DNA of 64,000 nt from Oscillospiraceae bacterium (lineage in GTDB: Bacteria > Bacillota > Clostridia > Oscillospirales > CAG-272), in NCBI GenBank assembly GCA_015065105.1, contig SVQZ01000003.1, positions 35,303 to 99,302 of the forward strand. Direction: 5' to 3'. The position numbers were made by a program, and so were the translations under genes. The notes beneath the pieces were generated by a model that did not search any database, was not told where the DNA came from, and was given only the letters and a program-made list of their open reading frames with translations. This document shows, piece by piece, positions 16,574 to 25,800 of this stretch (its first letter is position 1; each line of letters starts with the position of its first letter).

Positions 16574-17359
16574 TTATTCTGTTAAATAATCCTCGGTCAT
16601 ATAATCGGTGAAATTAGATACCAGATATTTAAGCACTCCTTCGCCGTCTTCTGGCATACTTTCGCTTGAAAGAGTGATGTATTCACCGTAATAATAGAAG
16701 TTGAGTTCTATGGATTTTCCTTTAAGGCTGTCATATTCTTCAAGGTTATTCCAGCTCGAAAGGTCGGTGATGTCGTTATAAGAGCAGAGGCTATCATAGG
16801 GAAAACGGGGAATTGTATAGACCTCTGTACTGCCGTCCTCTTTTAATACGGTCATACAATGCTCTGTGTTGGATACGGTAGTTACGTTCAGCCCGAAAAC
16901 AGTATTCCCCTCGGGCGTATGGGTGGTCTCAACATAGGAGAAGATCTCGGATCCGTAGGGCAGATCCACGGGCGTAGGCACATATTCCATAGAATTCTTA
17001 GATTCACAAGTCAGCTCCACGTCATGGTCAGGCATTGTAAATTCAATGGTATAACCCTTGAAATCGCTGTAACCCGAGCTGTTTATACGTTCACCGTCAA
17101 GGTAAAAGGTATAATCGGTGTCGGTTGCAACCATTGGAAAGTATACTCTTACGGTCTGACCTGCTTTATACGAGCTTTTAACATTTTCAAATAAACCTTC
17201 AGGATATATTACTTTATATTCTTTCTTGTTTTGAGTTTCTGTGATTGATTTTTCCGGAGCAGAAGGTTCGATTTTACGATTATTGCAAGCTGTTAAAAAT
17301 ACAAGCGTTGAAATAAGGAACAGTACAATTAATGTAATAATGAATATTTTTCCTACCAT
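16574..17359 (-). CDS. Hypothetical lipoprotein
   Basis: The ORF track starts at GTG 17368. ATG 17359 is preferred because GAGGTG lies 6 nt upstream. Signal peptide with lipobox LTAC. Confidence 0.7.
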   Translation of the reverse strand: MVGKIFIITLIVLFLISTLVFLTACNNRKIEPSAPEKSITETQNKKEYKVIYPEGLFENVKSSYKAGQTVRVYFPMVATDTDYTFYLDGERINSSGYSDFKGYTIEFTMPDHDVELTCESKNSMEYVPTPVDLPYGSEIFSYVETTHTPEGNTVFGLNVTTVSNTEHCMTVLKEDGSTEVYTIPRFPYDSLCSYNDITDLSSWNNLEEYDSLKGKSIELNFYYYGEYITLSSESMPEDGEGVLKYLVSNFTDYMTEDYLTE

Positions 17360-17511
17360 TTTCATCACCTCAAATTATTTATACCATATATAAAAAAACA
17401 AATCAATACTTTGTTTTTTGTAAATAAAAAGAATTCTTCTGTAAACAGTAGAAAAAATATTAATTATATGTTATAATATTTCAAAACGATATATGTTAAG
17501 GAGGTGTAGAA

Positions 17512-18807
17512 ATGTCATTGGCATACGGAATTATAGCACTTATATCCCTATGTATGGTTGGAGCTTGTGTTATAGCCGACAAAAAGCGTGACGTATGGTT
17601 GATACTTGTTTTTGTTTCGGTGTCGGTATGTAATCTCGGGTATTTTATGTTGTCGATTTCTCAGGATCTCGGTTCAGCTCTCAATTCCAACAGGCTGGCA
17701 TACCTGGGAAGTGTATTTCTGCCCTTTTTTATGCTGATGATGGTTCTGCGCTTCTGCAATATAAGACGGAGAAAAGCACTGACGGTATCCCTTGTGGTAT
17801 TAGGGATCCTTATGCTGGGTATTACTACCACTCCGGGTATACTGCCTATATATTACAGCACGGTTGATATCGAATTCGTTAATGGTACCACAAAGCTGGT
17901 CCGTGAATACGGACCTCTGCATCTGTTGTATTACGTATATCTGTTCGGATATATGATCTCAATGGTTTTGGTGACCTTTTATGCCATCATAAAGAAAAAG
18001 ATCGGATCACGTATACATACCGCTTTGCTTCTGTGTACGGTTTTCTGTAATATTTTCATCTGGCTCATAGAGCAGTTTTTGCCCAGAGGCTTTGAATGGC
18101 TTTCGGTGTCCTATATATTGACCGAGTGCCTGATACTGGCAATTTATCGTTCTATGCAACGTCAGGGTCTTATGACAAGCGATGTCAGAGCACGATCATA
18201 TCAGATCAATATATTGCTGGCTGTTTTTTTGCTTTTATTTGCGAACTTTGTTCGTGTGATCACTATGAATACCTCTGCCATAATGTATGTGGTATCTCAC
18301 ATGGTTATCATAACGATATATCTTGGAATTCTTGTGTTCTGGGGTATATCCGTATATGATCGTATAATAAGCAAATCTTTACGGCGTTATCTTGTGACTC
18401 TCGTTGGGTTGATGATGCTGTGGATGCTTATGAGAACACTCAGACATACCGTATTTCATTATGTATTTCCCGTTGGACAGTGGTGTTGGTATGCTTTCTA
18501 TATTTCTATGATACTGATACCTCAGCTCTGTTTGTTTGCTGCAATGCATATAGGAAAGCCAGAGGGGTACAGACTGTCGAAAAAATGGTATTTAATGTAT
18601 ATTCCCTCAGCTTTGCTGATAGTTGGTATTTTAACAAATGACCTTCACCAGTGGGCGTTCTGTTTCCACGAGGGCTATGAAGCGGGGTGGGACACGTATC
18701 AAAGAAGATTTTTGTACTATGCCGCAGTGGTGTGGATATTCTTCTGCATAGTTATGATGATAGTGCAGATATTAAAGCGTTGCCGTATCCCAGAACGCAT
18801 AAAGTAA
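17512..18807 (+). CDS. Polytopic membrane protein (~12 TM), N-terminal part resembling the 7TM sensor module of histidine kinases
   Basis: AAGGAGG RBS. The 431-aa product is almost entirely hydrophobic helices. The stop at 18805-18807 lies 5 nt before the next in-cluster ORF, which is in another frame. Confidence 0.75.
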   Translation: MSLAYGIIALISLCMVGACVIADKKRDVWLILVFVSVSVCNLGYFMLSISQDLGSALNSNRLAYLGSVFLPFFMLMMVLRFCNIRRRKALTVSLVVLGILMLGITTTPGILPIYYSTVDIEFVNGTTKLVREYGPLHLLYYVYLFGYMISMVLVTFYAIIKKKIGSRIHTALLLCTVFCNIFIWLIEQFLPRGFEWLSVSYILTECLILAIYRSMQRQGLMTSDVRARSYQINILLAVFLLLFANFVRVITMNTSAIMYVVSHMVIITIYLGILVFWGISVYDRIISKSLRRYLVTLVGLMMLWMLMRTLRHTVFHYVFPVGQWCWYAFYISMILIPQLCLFAAMHIGKPEGYRLSKKWYLMYIPSALLIVGILTNDLHQWAFCFHEGYEAGWDTYQRRFLYYAAVVWIFFCIVMMIVQILKRCRIPERIK

Positions 18808-18812
18808 TTTGG

Positions 18813-19832
18813 ATGCCTGTTGCAATGCTTGGCATAGGTGTTCTATATTCAATTCTATATGCTGTAGATACCTCGTTGTTCGGCTTTATCGAGATGACAG
18901 CAGCTCTCTGCTTTACGGTCGTTGCTATATGGGAGAGCTGTATCAAAACAGGGCTTGTCCCCTCTAACTCGCACTATGATGAACTATTGAAACATTCCGG
19001 GCTCGGTGTTGCGGTGGTGGATAACGATTATACCGTTCATTACCGTTCCGAGGATGCTCTTGAGATTAGCATCGAACAGATAAAAGCGACAGAGGAAGGT
19101 CCGGTTATGCTGGATACAGGTATACGTTTGTCGAGTTCCGCCATCCGCGGCGGATACACCCTGTGGCAGGAGGACCTGTCAGAGTTGCTTGAAATTCTTG
19201 ACGAGCTGAACGAATTACGCGTCGAGCTTGAGGGCTCGAATGCCGTTTCTATTCAAAATTATCAGATGGACAAGCAGATCCGTGTGCTTGCAGAGAAGAA
19301 CCGTCTTCACGACGAGCTCCATAAGCAGACCTCCCATCAAATCAATCTGCTCAACGACTGGCTGCAAGGTATTATAAACGCTTCTGATGTAAGGGAGAAA
19401 AAAGAACTTCTGCGCCGTGTTGTTGTGGTAGGTACTTATCTCAAGCGTCGTAATAACCTTATCCTTGTCAACGAGCAGGACGGTATGATAAGAGAAGAGG
19501 AGCTCGAACTCAGCTTCAAGGAAATGATGAAGAGTCTGCAGGTAGCGGGTATTAACTGTGCCTGTGTAGTTGGCTTTGAATGTGATCTATCCTCCGATGT
19601 TGCTATGAAGTTCTTTGATTTCTACGAATACGTGATAGAAAAATCTTTTGATGGATTAAACAATCTTTTAGCGAGATTTTTCTGCCGTGATAATTGCTTC
19701 TACGCCTGCATTGATGCGGTGTGTACTATGGACCTGACAAGGCTTTGTACAGATGAAATATCAGTCAGCGTGGTAGATGAAAATTACTATACACTTTCCT
19801 TAAAGACAGAGGGAGGTGCAGAAAATTGTTAA
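18813..19832 (+). CDS. Membrane-anchored histidine-kinase-like protein with H-box-like motif but degenerate ATPase domain
   Basis: ATG 18813 (MPVAMLGIGV...) has no clear RBS. Two TM helices, a coiled coil and RLHDELHKQTSHQI, comparable to the RVHDEMGRYL H-box of the next gene. No N-box or G-box is recognisable. It may be the frameshifted C-terminus of 17512-18807. Confidence 0.55.
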   Translation: MPVAMLGIGVLYSILYAVDTSLFGFIEMTAALCFTVVAIWESCIKTGLVPSNSHYDELLKHSGLGVAVVDNDYTVHYRSEDALEISIEQIKATEEGPVMLDTGIRLSSSAIRGGYTLWQEDLSELLEILDELNELRVELEGSNAVSIQNYQMDKQIRVLAEKNRLHDELHKQTSHQINLLNDWLQGIINASDVREKKELLRRVVVVGTYLKRRNNLILVNEQDGMIREEELELSFKEMMKSLQVAGINCACVVGFECDLSSDVAMKFFDFYEYVIEKSFDGLNNLLARFFCRDNCFYACIDAVCTMDLTRLCTDEISVSVVDENYYTLSLKTEGGAENC

Positions 19833-21103
19833 GCTGCTTTTATAATTCCGGAACGGTTATACAGATCATTTTATTGATACTCAGTCAGATCACCATAATT
19901 ACTCTTACGGCAAGTGTTGTTCTTCTGTTCCACCGTAGGTGTAAGCAATATAAGCAGGCAATTCTTTGTGTTTTGTTTTTGATCAATGCGCTTTCCTATA
20001 CATTGATGCAGATAGACAGCCGTATTACCGGTGGAGAGGAAGGACTGCATATACCGATTCCGTATTTGGTATTTCTCCTTGTGACGGTTGCTTCGCTGGT
20101 ACTTGATATCCTGATACTGTTTAGTGAAACGGCCAACAGAAGGACAATTGGTAATTCGTCCATCAAAGAATCCTTTGACAACCTGCCTACCGGAGTATGC
20201 TTCTTCAATGAAGCTGGGTTGCCTGTGCTCTGTAATTCCGCAATGTACAGATTCAGCTTTGATGTGCGCGGAAGAGATGTACAGGTTATCACCGATTTGG
20301 ATGACTGTCTTGATGATAGCTTTATACCGATAGATAGCGTTAAGAAGGAAGGCAGGGTGTTCATACTTCCAAACGGCAAGGCCCGGCACTTGGAAAAGCG
20401 TATCTTTGTTCACGATGACGGTGTTCGGTATACTCAGTATATAGCTGCTGACGTAACCGATCTACACAAAAAACGTATTGAACTTATAGAAGAAAACGAG
20501 GAACTACGCAAGGTTCAGCTTGACTTAAAGAAGCTATCTGCAAATGTGGTGGCGGTCACAAGAGAAGAGGAGATACTGAATACCAAGATGCGCGTTCACG
20601 ATGAGATGGGACGATATCTTATTGCAGCACGAAAGTCTCTGCGAGAGGACACAGTTGAAAGTATAACTGACAGTATGGCAGAATCATGGCAACGTGCTGT
20701 GTCGATGCTGAAATATAACAACGATACTCCGGACGAGGATATGCTTTCGCAGATAATAAAGACCTGCGAGGTAGTGAAACTTGAATTTAAACAAACGGGT
20801 CAATTGCCTGAGCAGGAGGATGTTGCTTATATCCTTACCTGTGCCGTACGTGAATGTGTGACCAATGCAGTACGCTATGCAGGTGCAGATAAACTCTATG
20901 CAGAATTCATCGAGGGTGATGGAGATGCGACCGTTGTTGTTACCAATAGCGGGATCCCCCCTGAACGTGAGATAATAGAGGGGGGAGGACTCTCCACCCT
21001 GCGAAATCGTGTTGAACGTGCGGGCGGCTGTATGAAGGTACAATCGTTCCCATGCTTCAAATTGACCGTTACGATACCGAAGGGAAAGGAGGTTACATTA
21101 TGA
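19826..21103 (+). CDS. Sensor histidine kinase (HisKA_3-like H-box, HATPase_c)
   Basis: TTG start with GGGAGGTG 7 nt upstream. Three TM helices and a PAS-like segment. H-box RVHDEMGRYL, N-box RECVTNAVRYAGA, and VTNSG...GGGLSTLRNRVERAGG. Confidence 0.8.
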   Translation: MLSCFYNSGTVIQIILLILSQITIITLTASVVLLFHRRCKQYKQAILCVLFLINALSYTLMQIDSRITGGEEGLHIPIPYLVFLLVTVASLVLDILILFSETANRRTIGNSSIKESFDNLPTGVCFFNEAGLPVLCNSAMYRFSFDVRGRDVQVITDLDDCLDDSFIPIDSVKKEGRVFILPNGKARHLEKRIFVHDDGVRYTQYIAADVTDLHKKRIELIEENEELRKVQLDLKKLSANVVAVTREEEILNTKMRVHDEMGRYLIAARKSLREDTVESITDSMAESWQRAVSMLKYNNDTPDEDMLSQIIKTCEVVKLEFKQTGQLPEQEDVAYILTCAVRECVTNAVRYAGADKLYAEFIEGDGDATVVVTNSGIPPEREIIEGGGLSTLRNRVERAGGCMKVQSFPCFKLTVTIPKGKEVTL

Positions 21104-21750
21104 TACGTGTTCTGATAGTAGAGGACCAAAAGATGGCTCAGGAAAATATGGAGGCCATCATACGTTCTAGCGAAGGCTATACTCATGAAGGAACTATATC
21201 AAATGCGGCTGATACAGAGTTGTTCTGTATGCATCGTTTGGTTGACCTTATTCTTATGGATGTTTGTACTGCCCGTGATGAAAGCGGTATAGATGCCTGT
21301 GCCGTGATAAAAAAGAAATTCCCTAAAATTAAAATAATCATAGTCACCTCGATGGCTGAGCATACCTTTATAGAAAAGGCGAAGTCAGCCATGGCTGACA
21401 GCTTTTGGTACAAGGATGCAAGCCGTGGTGAGCTTCTTGGCGTTATGGACAGAACTATGGCAGGTGAACATATTTTTCCCGATAAAACTCCTGAGGTCAG
21501 ACTGGGTCTTACCACAAGCTATGAGCTTACACATTCCGAGCTTGACGTGTTGCGTGCGCTTATGCAGAGTACGGGTGATGAAGACGCGGCGGAAATGCTT
21601 GGATGTACCAAGGCAAATATCCGTTGGCACTTGGGTAAAATACTTGACAAAACAGGATACCGTACCCGTATGGAGCTGCTTATAGCAGTAGCTCAGAAAA
21701 ACCTTATTATAGTTACTCCCGACAAGGCATTGGACGAGGATAATTATTAA
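21100..21750 (+). CDS. Response regulator, LuxR/NarL-type HTH output
   Basis: AAGGAGG RBS and ATGA overlap with the kinase stop. REC motifs are VLIVEDQ, DLILMDV, IIIVTS and WYKD. The C-terminal HTH is LTHSELDVLRALMQ...AAEMLGCTKANIRWHLGKIL. Confidence 0.9.
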   Translation: MIRVLIVEDQKMAQENMEAIIRSSEGYTHEGTISNAADTELFCMHRLVDLILMDVCTARDESGIDACAVIKKKFPKIKIIIVTSMAEHTFIEKAKSAMADSFWYKDASRGELLGVMDRTMAGEHIFPDKTPEVRLGLTTSYELTHSELDVLRALMQSTGDEDAAEMLGCTKANIRWHLGKILDKTGYRTRMELLIAVAQKNLIIVTPDKALDEDNY

Positions 21751-21763
21751 TTGAATTGCCGTT

Positions 21764-21801
21764 ACAGCTTCCCGAAAAAAGCCGGGAGGCTGTTTTGTTT
21801 G
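21764..21801 (+). terminator. Rho-independent terminator after the response regulator
   Basis: ACAGCTTCCCG-AAAAAAGC-CGGGAGGCTGT followed by TTTGTTTG. Confidence 0.75.
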
Positions 21802-21933
21802 TTGCGAAAATGTTAAGCAAATCTTAAAATACTATTACTTTTGATAGTGACTAATTTTTTATTGTATTTATAATTTAATATAGTATGATAAATTAGGTTT
21901 ATTGTATATTTTCTGATGAAAGAAGGTGATACT

Positions 21934-22317
21934 ATGAGGCGAATTGTAATTAATATGCAAAATATACTGTTTGGCAATGCTATTTCAGAAACGCTGCGTA
22001 AATCCGGTAACGAGTTGGATACTTATATCGTAGATACTCCCGATAAAGTCGTAGATGATTGCAAGTGGATGAATCCGTATGCTTTGCTGATGGAGGTTAC
22101 AGGCTATACCCCCTGGAAGCTGTGTGAAAGGATGAAGATCCGTGATGCGGTAAAGGCATTGCATCCCGAATGTAAGATTGTCCTCATTGTTGACGAAAAT
22201 GTAGAAAAGACGGTTGCCAAGCAGATCAAGCAGACAAAGAAGGAAGGTCTCATAGATCAGTTTATATACGGTTCGATTTCTGCTTCATATCTCGCGGATA
22301 TCGTGGATAGTTTGTGA
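21934..22317 (+). CDS. Stand-alone receiver-like (pseudo-receiver) protein lacking the phospho-acceptor Asp
   Basis: Preferred start is ATG 21934 (GAAGGTGA upstream). A beta-alpha pattern like REC, but with IVINMQN in place of the DD pocket and ALLMEVTG in place of LLMDV. Confidence 0.55.
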   Translation: MRRIVINMQNILFGNAISETLRKSGNELDTYIVDTPDKVVDDCKWMNPYALLMEVTGYTPWKLCERMKIRDAVKALHPECKIVLIVDENVEKTVAKQIKQTKKEGLIDQFIYGSISASYLADIVDSL

Positions 22318-22803
22318 AAGATAGGTATGATATGAATTTACAACAGAAAAAACAGTTGAGCTGTTCGCAGATATACTCTCACAATCCCTTCACGGCTAAA
22401 GTATCATAGTGATGGAATTGTGGGAAAAAGGGTACTCTTTATAACTGACAGTAACGAAAGCTTTGTGGTATCCTTTAAAGAGGGTGTACAGCCTGTTGAT
22501 ATGATGGCAGATAGCTGCGGTGGTGTGTTTCTACGGTAAGCTTTAAATGCTGTAAGGACGGAAAATATATCCATCAGAGACGTACAAACGTTCCTTTGGA
22601 GGGTAAAAGTTTTTTCCTTTTTTCATATTGAGTTTTAGGATGACATTGGGCGGACGTTTTATCTTCCCGGTCAGACGACTGCGAATGCCGACTTTAATTG
22701 GAACGATGGTGTAGAGCCTGTCGTTGTAGATATAATGAAAAACCTCTCTATCCGAATACAGTAAATTTGACACAATTATATATAACTCAAAAGGAGAAGA
22801 AAA

Positions 22804-25800
22804 ATGAAAAGATTTTTATCTTTTACGCTTATGTTGACTATGTTGCTTCAGTTCTTGCCTGTTGTGTCAGGTGCTGTATTTCCCTTTGTGGATGTAGCAC
22901 CCGATGCATATTATGCAAGTGCGGTTGAGTGGGCTGTTGAAAAGGGCATTACATCAGGTACATCAGCTACCACCTTCTCACCCAAGATGGTGTGTACACG
23001 TTCACAGGCGGTTCAGTTCCTCTGGAATGCAGCAGGAAATCCCGAGCCTACAACAACCAACAATCTCTTTAAGGATGTTAAGTCTAATGCATGGTACTAT
23101 AAGGCGGTTCTCTGGGCGGTAGAAAACGGTATTACCAACGGTACATCCGCTACAACCTTTGCTCCCGATATGAAGTGCAGCCGTTCTCAGATAGTTACCC
23201 TACTTTGGAGAACTATGGGCTCTCCCGAGATCACGGCCGATAATCCCTTCAGCGATGTTCCCTCAAATGCATATTATCTTAAGCCTGTTCTTTGGGCGGT
23301 AGAGAAGGGAATAACATCAGGTACGGGAGGAAGTAAATTCAGTCCTCTCATGTCCTGTAGCCGTTCCCAGATAGTTACATTCCTCTACCGTTGCTTCAAG
23401 GAGGAAACTCCTCTTCCCCATGAGCACAGCTTTGGCGAATGGGAGATAGAGACTCCCGCAACCTGTAACGCTGAGGGTAAGGAAATAAGAAAATGCTCAG
23501 GCTGTGATGAAACCGAGAGCAGAGCTATTCCGAAAGTAACAGAACACAGCTACGGTGAATGGAGTGTCACTACTCCCGCAGACTGCTACAACGAAGGTGT
23601 AGAAACGCGTAAGTGTACGACCTGTGATGAAACCGAAACAAAAACAATAGAAAAAACAACTCATAAATGGAGTGCGGCTTGGATGATCAGCATTCCTCCC
23701 ACCTGTACAACCGAGGGTACTGAGATCAAGACCTGCAGCTATTGTACAGACGTAAGAAGCCGTGCTGTTGCGGCGACAGGGCATGCATGGGGAGGATGGA
23801 CAGTTACCACTCCCGCTACAGAAAGCTCTGACGGTGTAGAAACAAGAGTATGCGGTAACTGCGGTGAGACCGAAACGAGATCCATTCCTTCATTGGCTCC
23901 CGCACTTGTTATTACAACACAGCCCGCAGATACAAACGCCACACCCGGTGAAATAGTAAAATTCAAGGTTGTTGTATCAGAAGGAACTGTTCCCTATACA
24001 TATCAGTGGCAGTACAAGATCAAGGGCGGAGATTTTGAGAATATCGAAGCTGCCTTTACTTGGGCATACGGTGAGAATAAGAAAAATCTTGAAATAACCG
24101 TTGATTCGGATCAGATTCTTTACGAAAGAGTATTCCGCTGTGTTATCACAGATGCAGCCGGCAAAACTGTTACATCAAACGAAGCGGGTATAGCCGTAAC
24201 CTATGATAAGCTCGTTGTTACTATTCAGCCTAACGATGCAGTATTAGAGTCGGGTCAGATGGCTGTATTTACCGCAATGGCAGGTAACGGTATAGCCCCC
24301 ATATCTGTTAAATGGCAGTATAAGATCGGTGATGACGGTGCATGGACAGATTTTACCGAGTCTGATAACACCTGGGCGCAAGGCTATGATACATGGGATC
24401 TTATAATTGATCCTGCAACTGCCGGATCAGAAAACGATTACCGTTTCCGTTGTGTATTTACCGACTATACAGGTGATACCGTAACAACAAAGGAAGTCAA
24501 ATGTTCTGTATATAAGCATCTTAGCATAAAAACACAGCCCGAAGAAAGTAACTATGTTACGGATGGTGACAGTGTTACATTAACCGTAGCGGTTACGGAC
24601 GGACTTCCTTCATATTATTATCGGTGGTATTTCCGTATGGACGGTATGCCGATATTTGCTGAAATAACAGAAGCAGACAGTTGGGCAAGCGGTTGCAATT
24701 CATCTGATCTCAATATAACTCCTACGCAGGACATGCTGGACAGCAATCTCCGTGTTTACTGTAAGATAAGCGATGAATACGGAGACGAGGTTGACAGTAA
24801 TGTTTGTTATGTGATCAGGAGACTTGAGATAACCTACCACACCGAAGAAATGTACGCAGAGGATGGAGATCTTGTGACCTTTTCTGTAGGTGTAGTCGGT
24901 GGCGTAAAGGACTATACTTATCAGTGGTTTATGGTAAGTGATATTGAATCTGCCGCTCCTGTAAGCGAAAAGGAAACGAAATCATTACAAAATCATGATT
25001 TTACTACATATCTTTTTGCCGATGATTTTAACTATAATGCAAAATATTACTGTGTAATTGAGGATAGTACAGGTTATAAAGTAACCACACCCTATATTTT
25101 GGTCAAAGAAAATCCTTCAATTAGTATTAAAACTCAGCCGAGTAATGCAAACGGTGTTCTTGTCGGTGAAGAAGTAACCTTTAGGACCGTAGTTTTCGGC
25201 GGTACTGCTCCTTATATATATCAGTGGCAGGCGTTGGTAGGTAAGAATTATATAGACATAACAACTGCAGGTAACGGTGACTTTGGTCCGATTTACAGCG
25301 GCTATAATACCGATACACTTGCTGTGGTCTGCTCAGGAAAGGCTTTCTTTGAAACCCAATTCCGTTGTGTCATTACCGATGCCAAGGGAAAGAGTGTTAC
25401 CACCAAAGCGGTTAAGATGACAGCATCCCCCATGAGTATAGCCTCATATACTACTGAGATCGAGGCATACCCCGGTGATATGGCAACGTTCAGCGTTTCG
25501 GTCAACGGCGGTATCGGTCCCTATAGCTATCAGCTTCAGGTGAAATATGACGGAACAAGCTTCACTGATTACGATTCTCCCATACTCACATACGGTAACG
25601 GATATTTTAACAAAGAAATTACGGCTGTAATGCTTGAAAATAACGTTGAATTCCGTTGTGTTGTTACAGATGTAACAGGTGCGAGCGTGACCACAGGAAA
25701 CATTAATATTATTGAAATAGAGCCCCTTGTTATAACATCTCAGACACCAAGTGATATAGGTATTGATACAAATTCAACATTGTATCTTTCTGTTAGTGTG

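Noticed and set aside
18687-18812. The ORF-track start at 18687 for the kinase-like protein.
   Set aside because: The first ~40 codons overlap the well-supported end of the 12-TM protein in another frame and do not look like protein (MGHVSKKIFVLCRSGVDILLHSYDDSADIK). ATG 18813 or a frameshift fusion is more plausible.
22543-22773. 76-aa minus-strand ORF, and a start-less ~57-codon plus-strand frame (..GKRVLFITDSNESFVVSFKEGVQPVDMMADSCGGVFLR) at about 22360-22537, in the gap before the first SLH gene.
   Set aside because: There are no convincing RBSs or motifs and the frames are fragmentary. They may be decayed gene remnants, but I cannot support a call.
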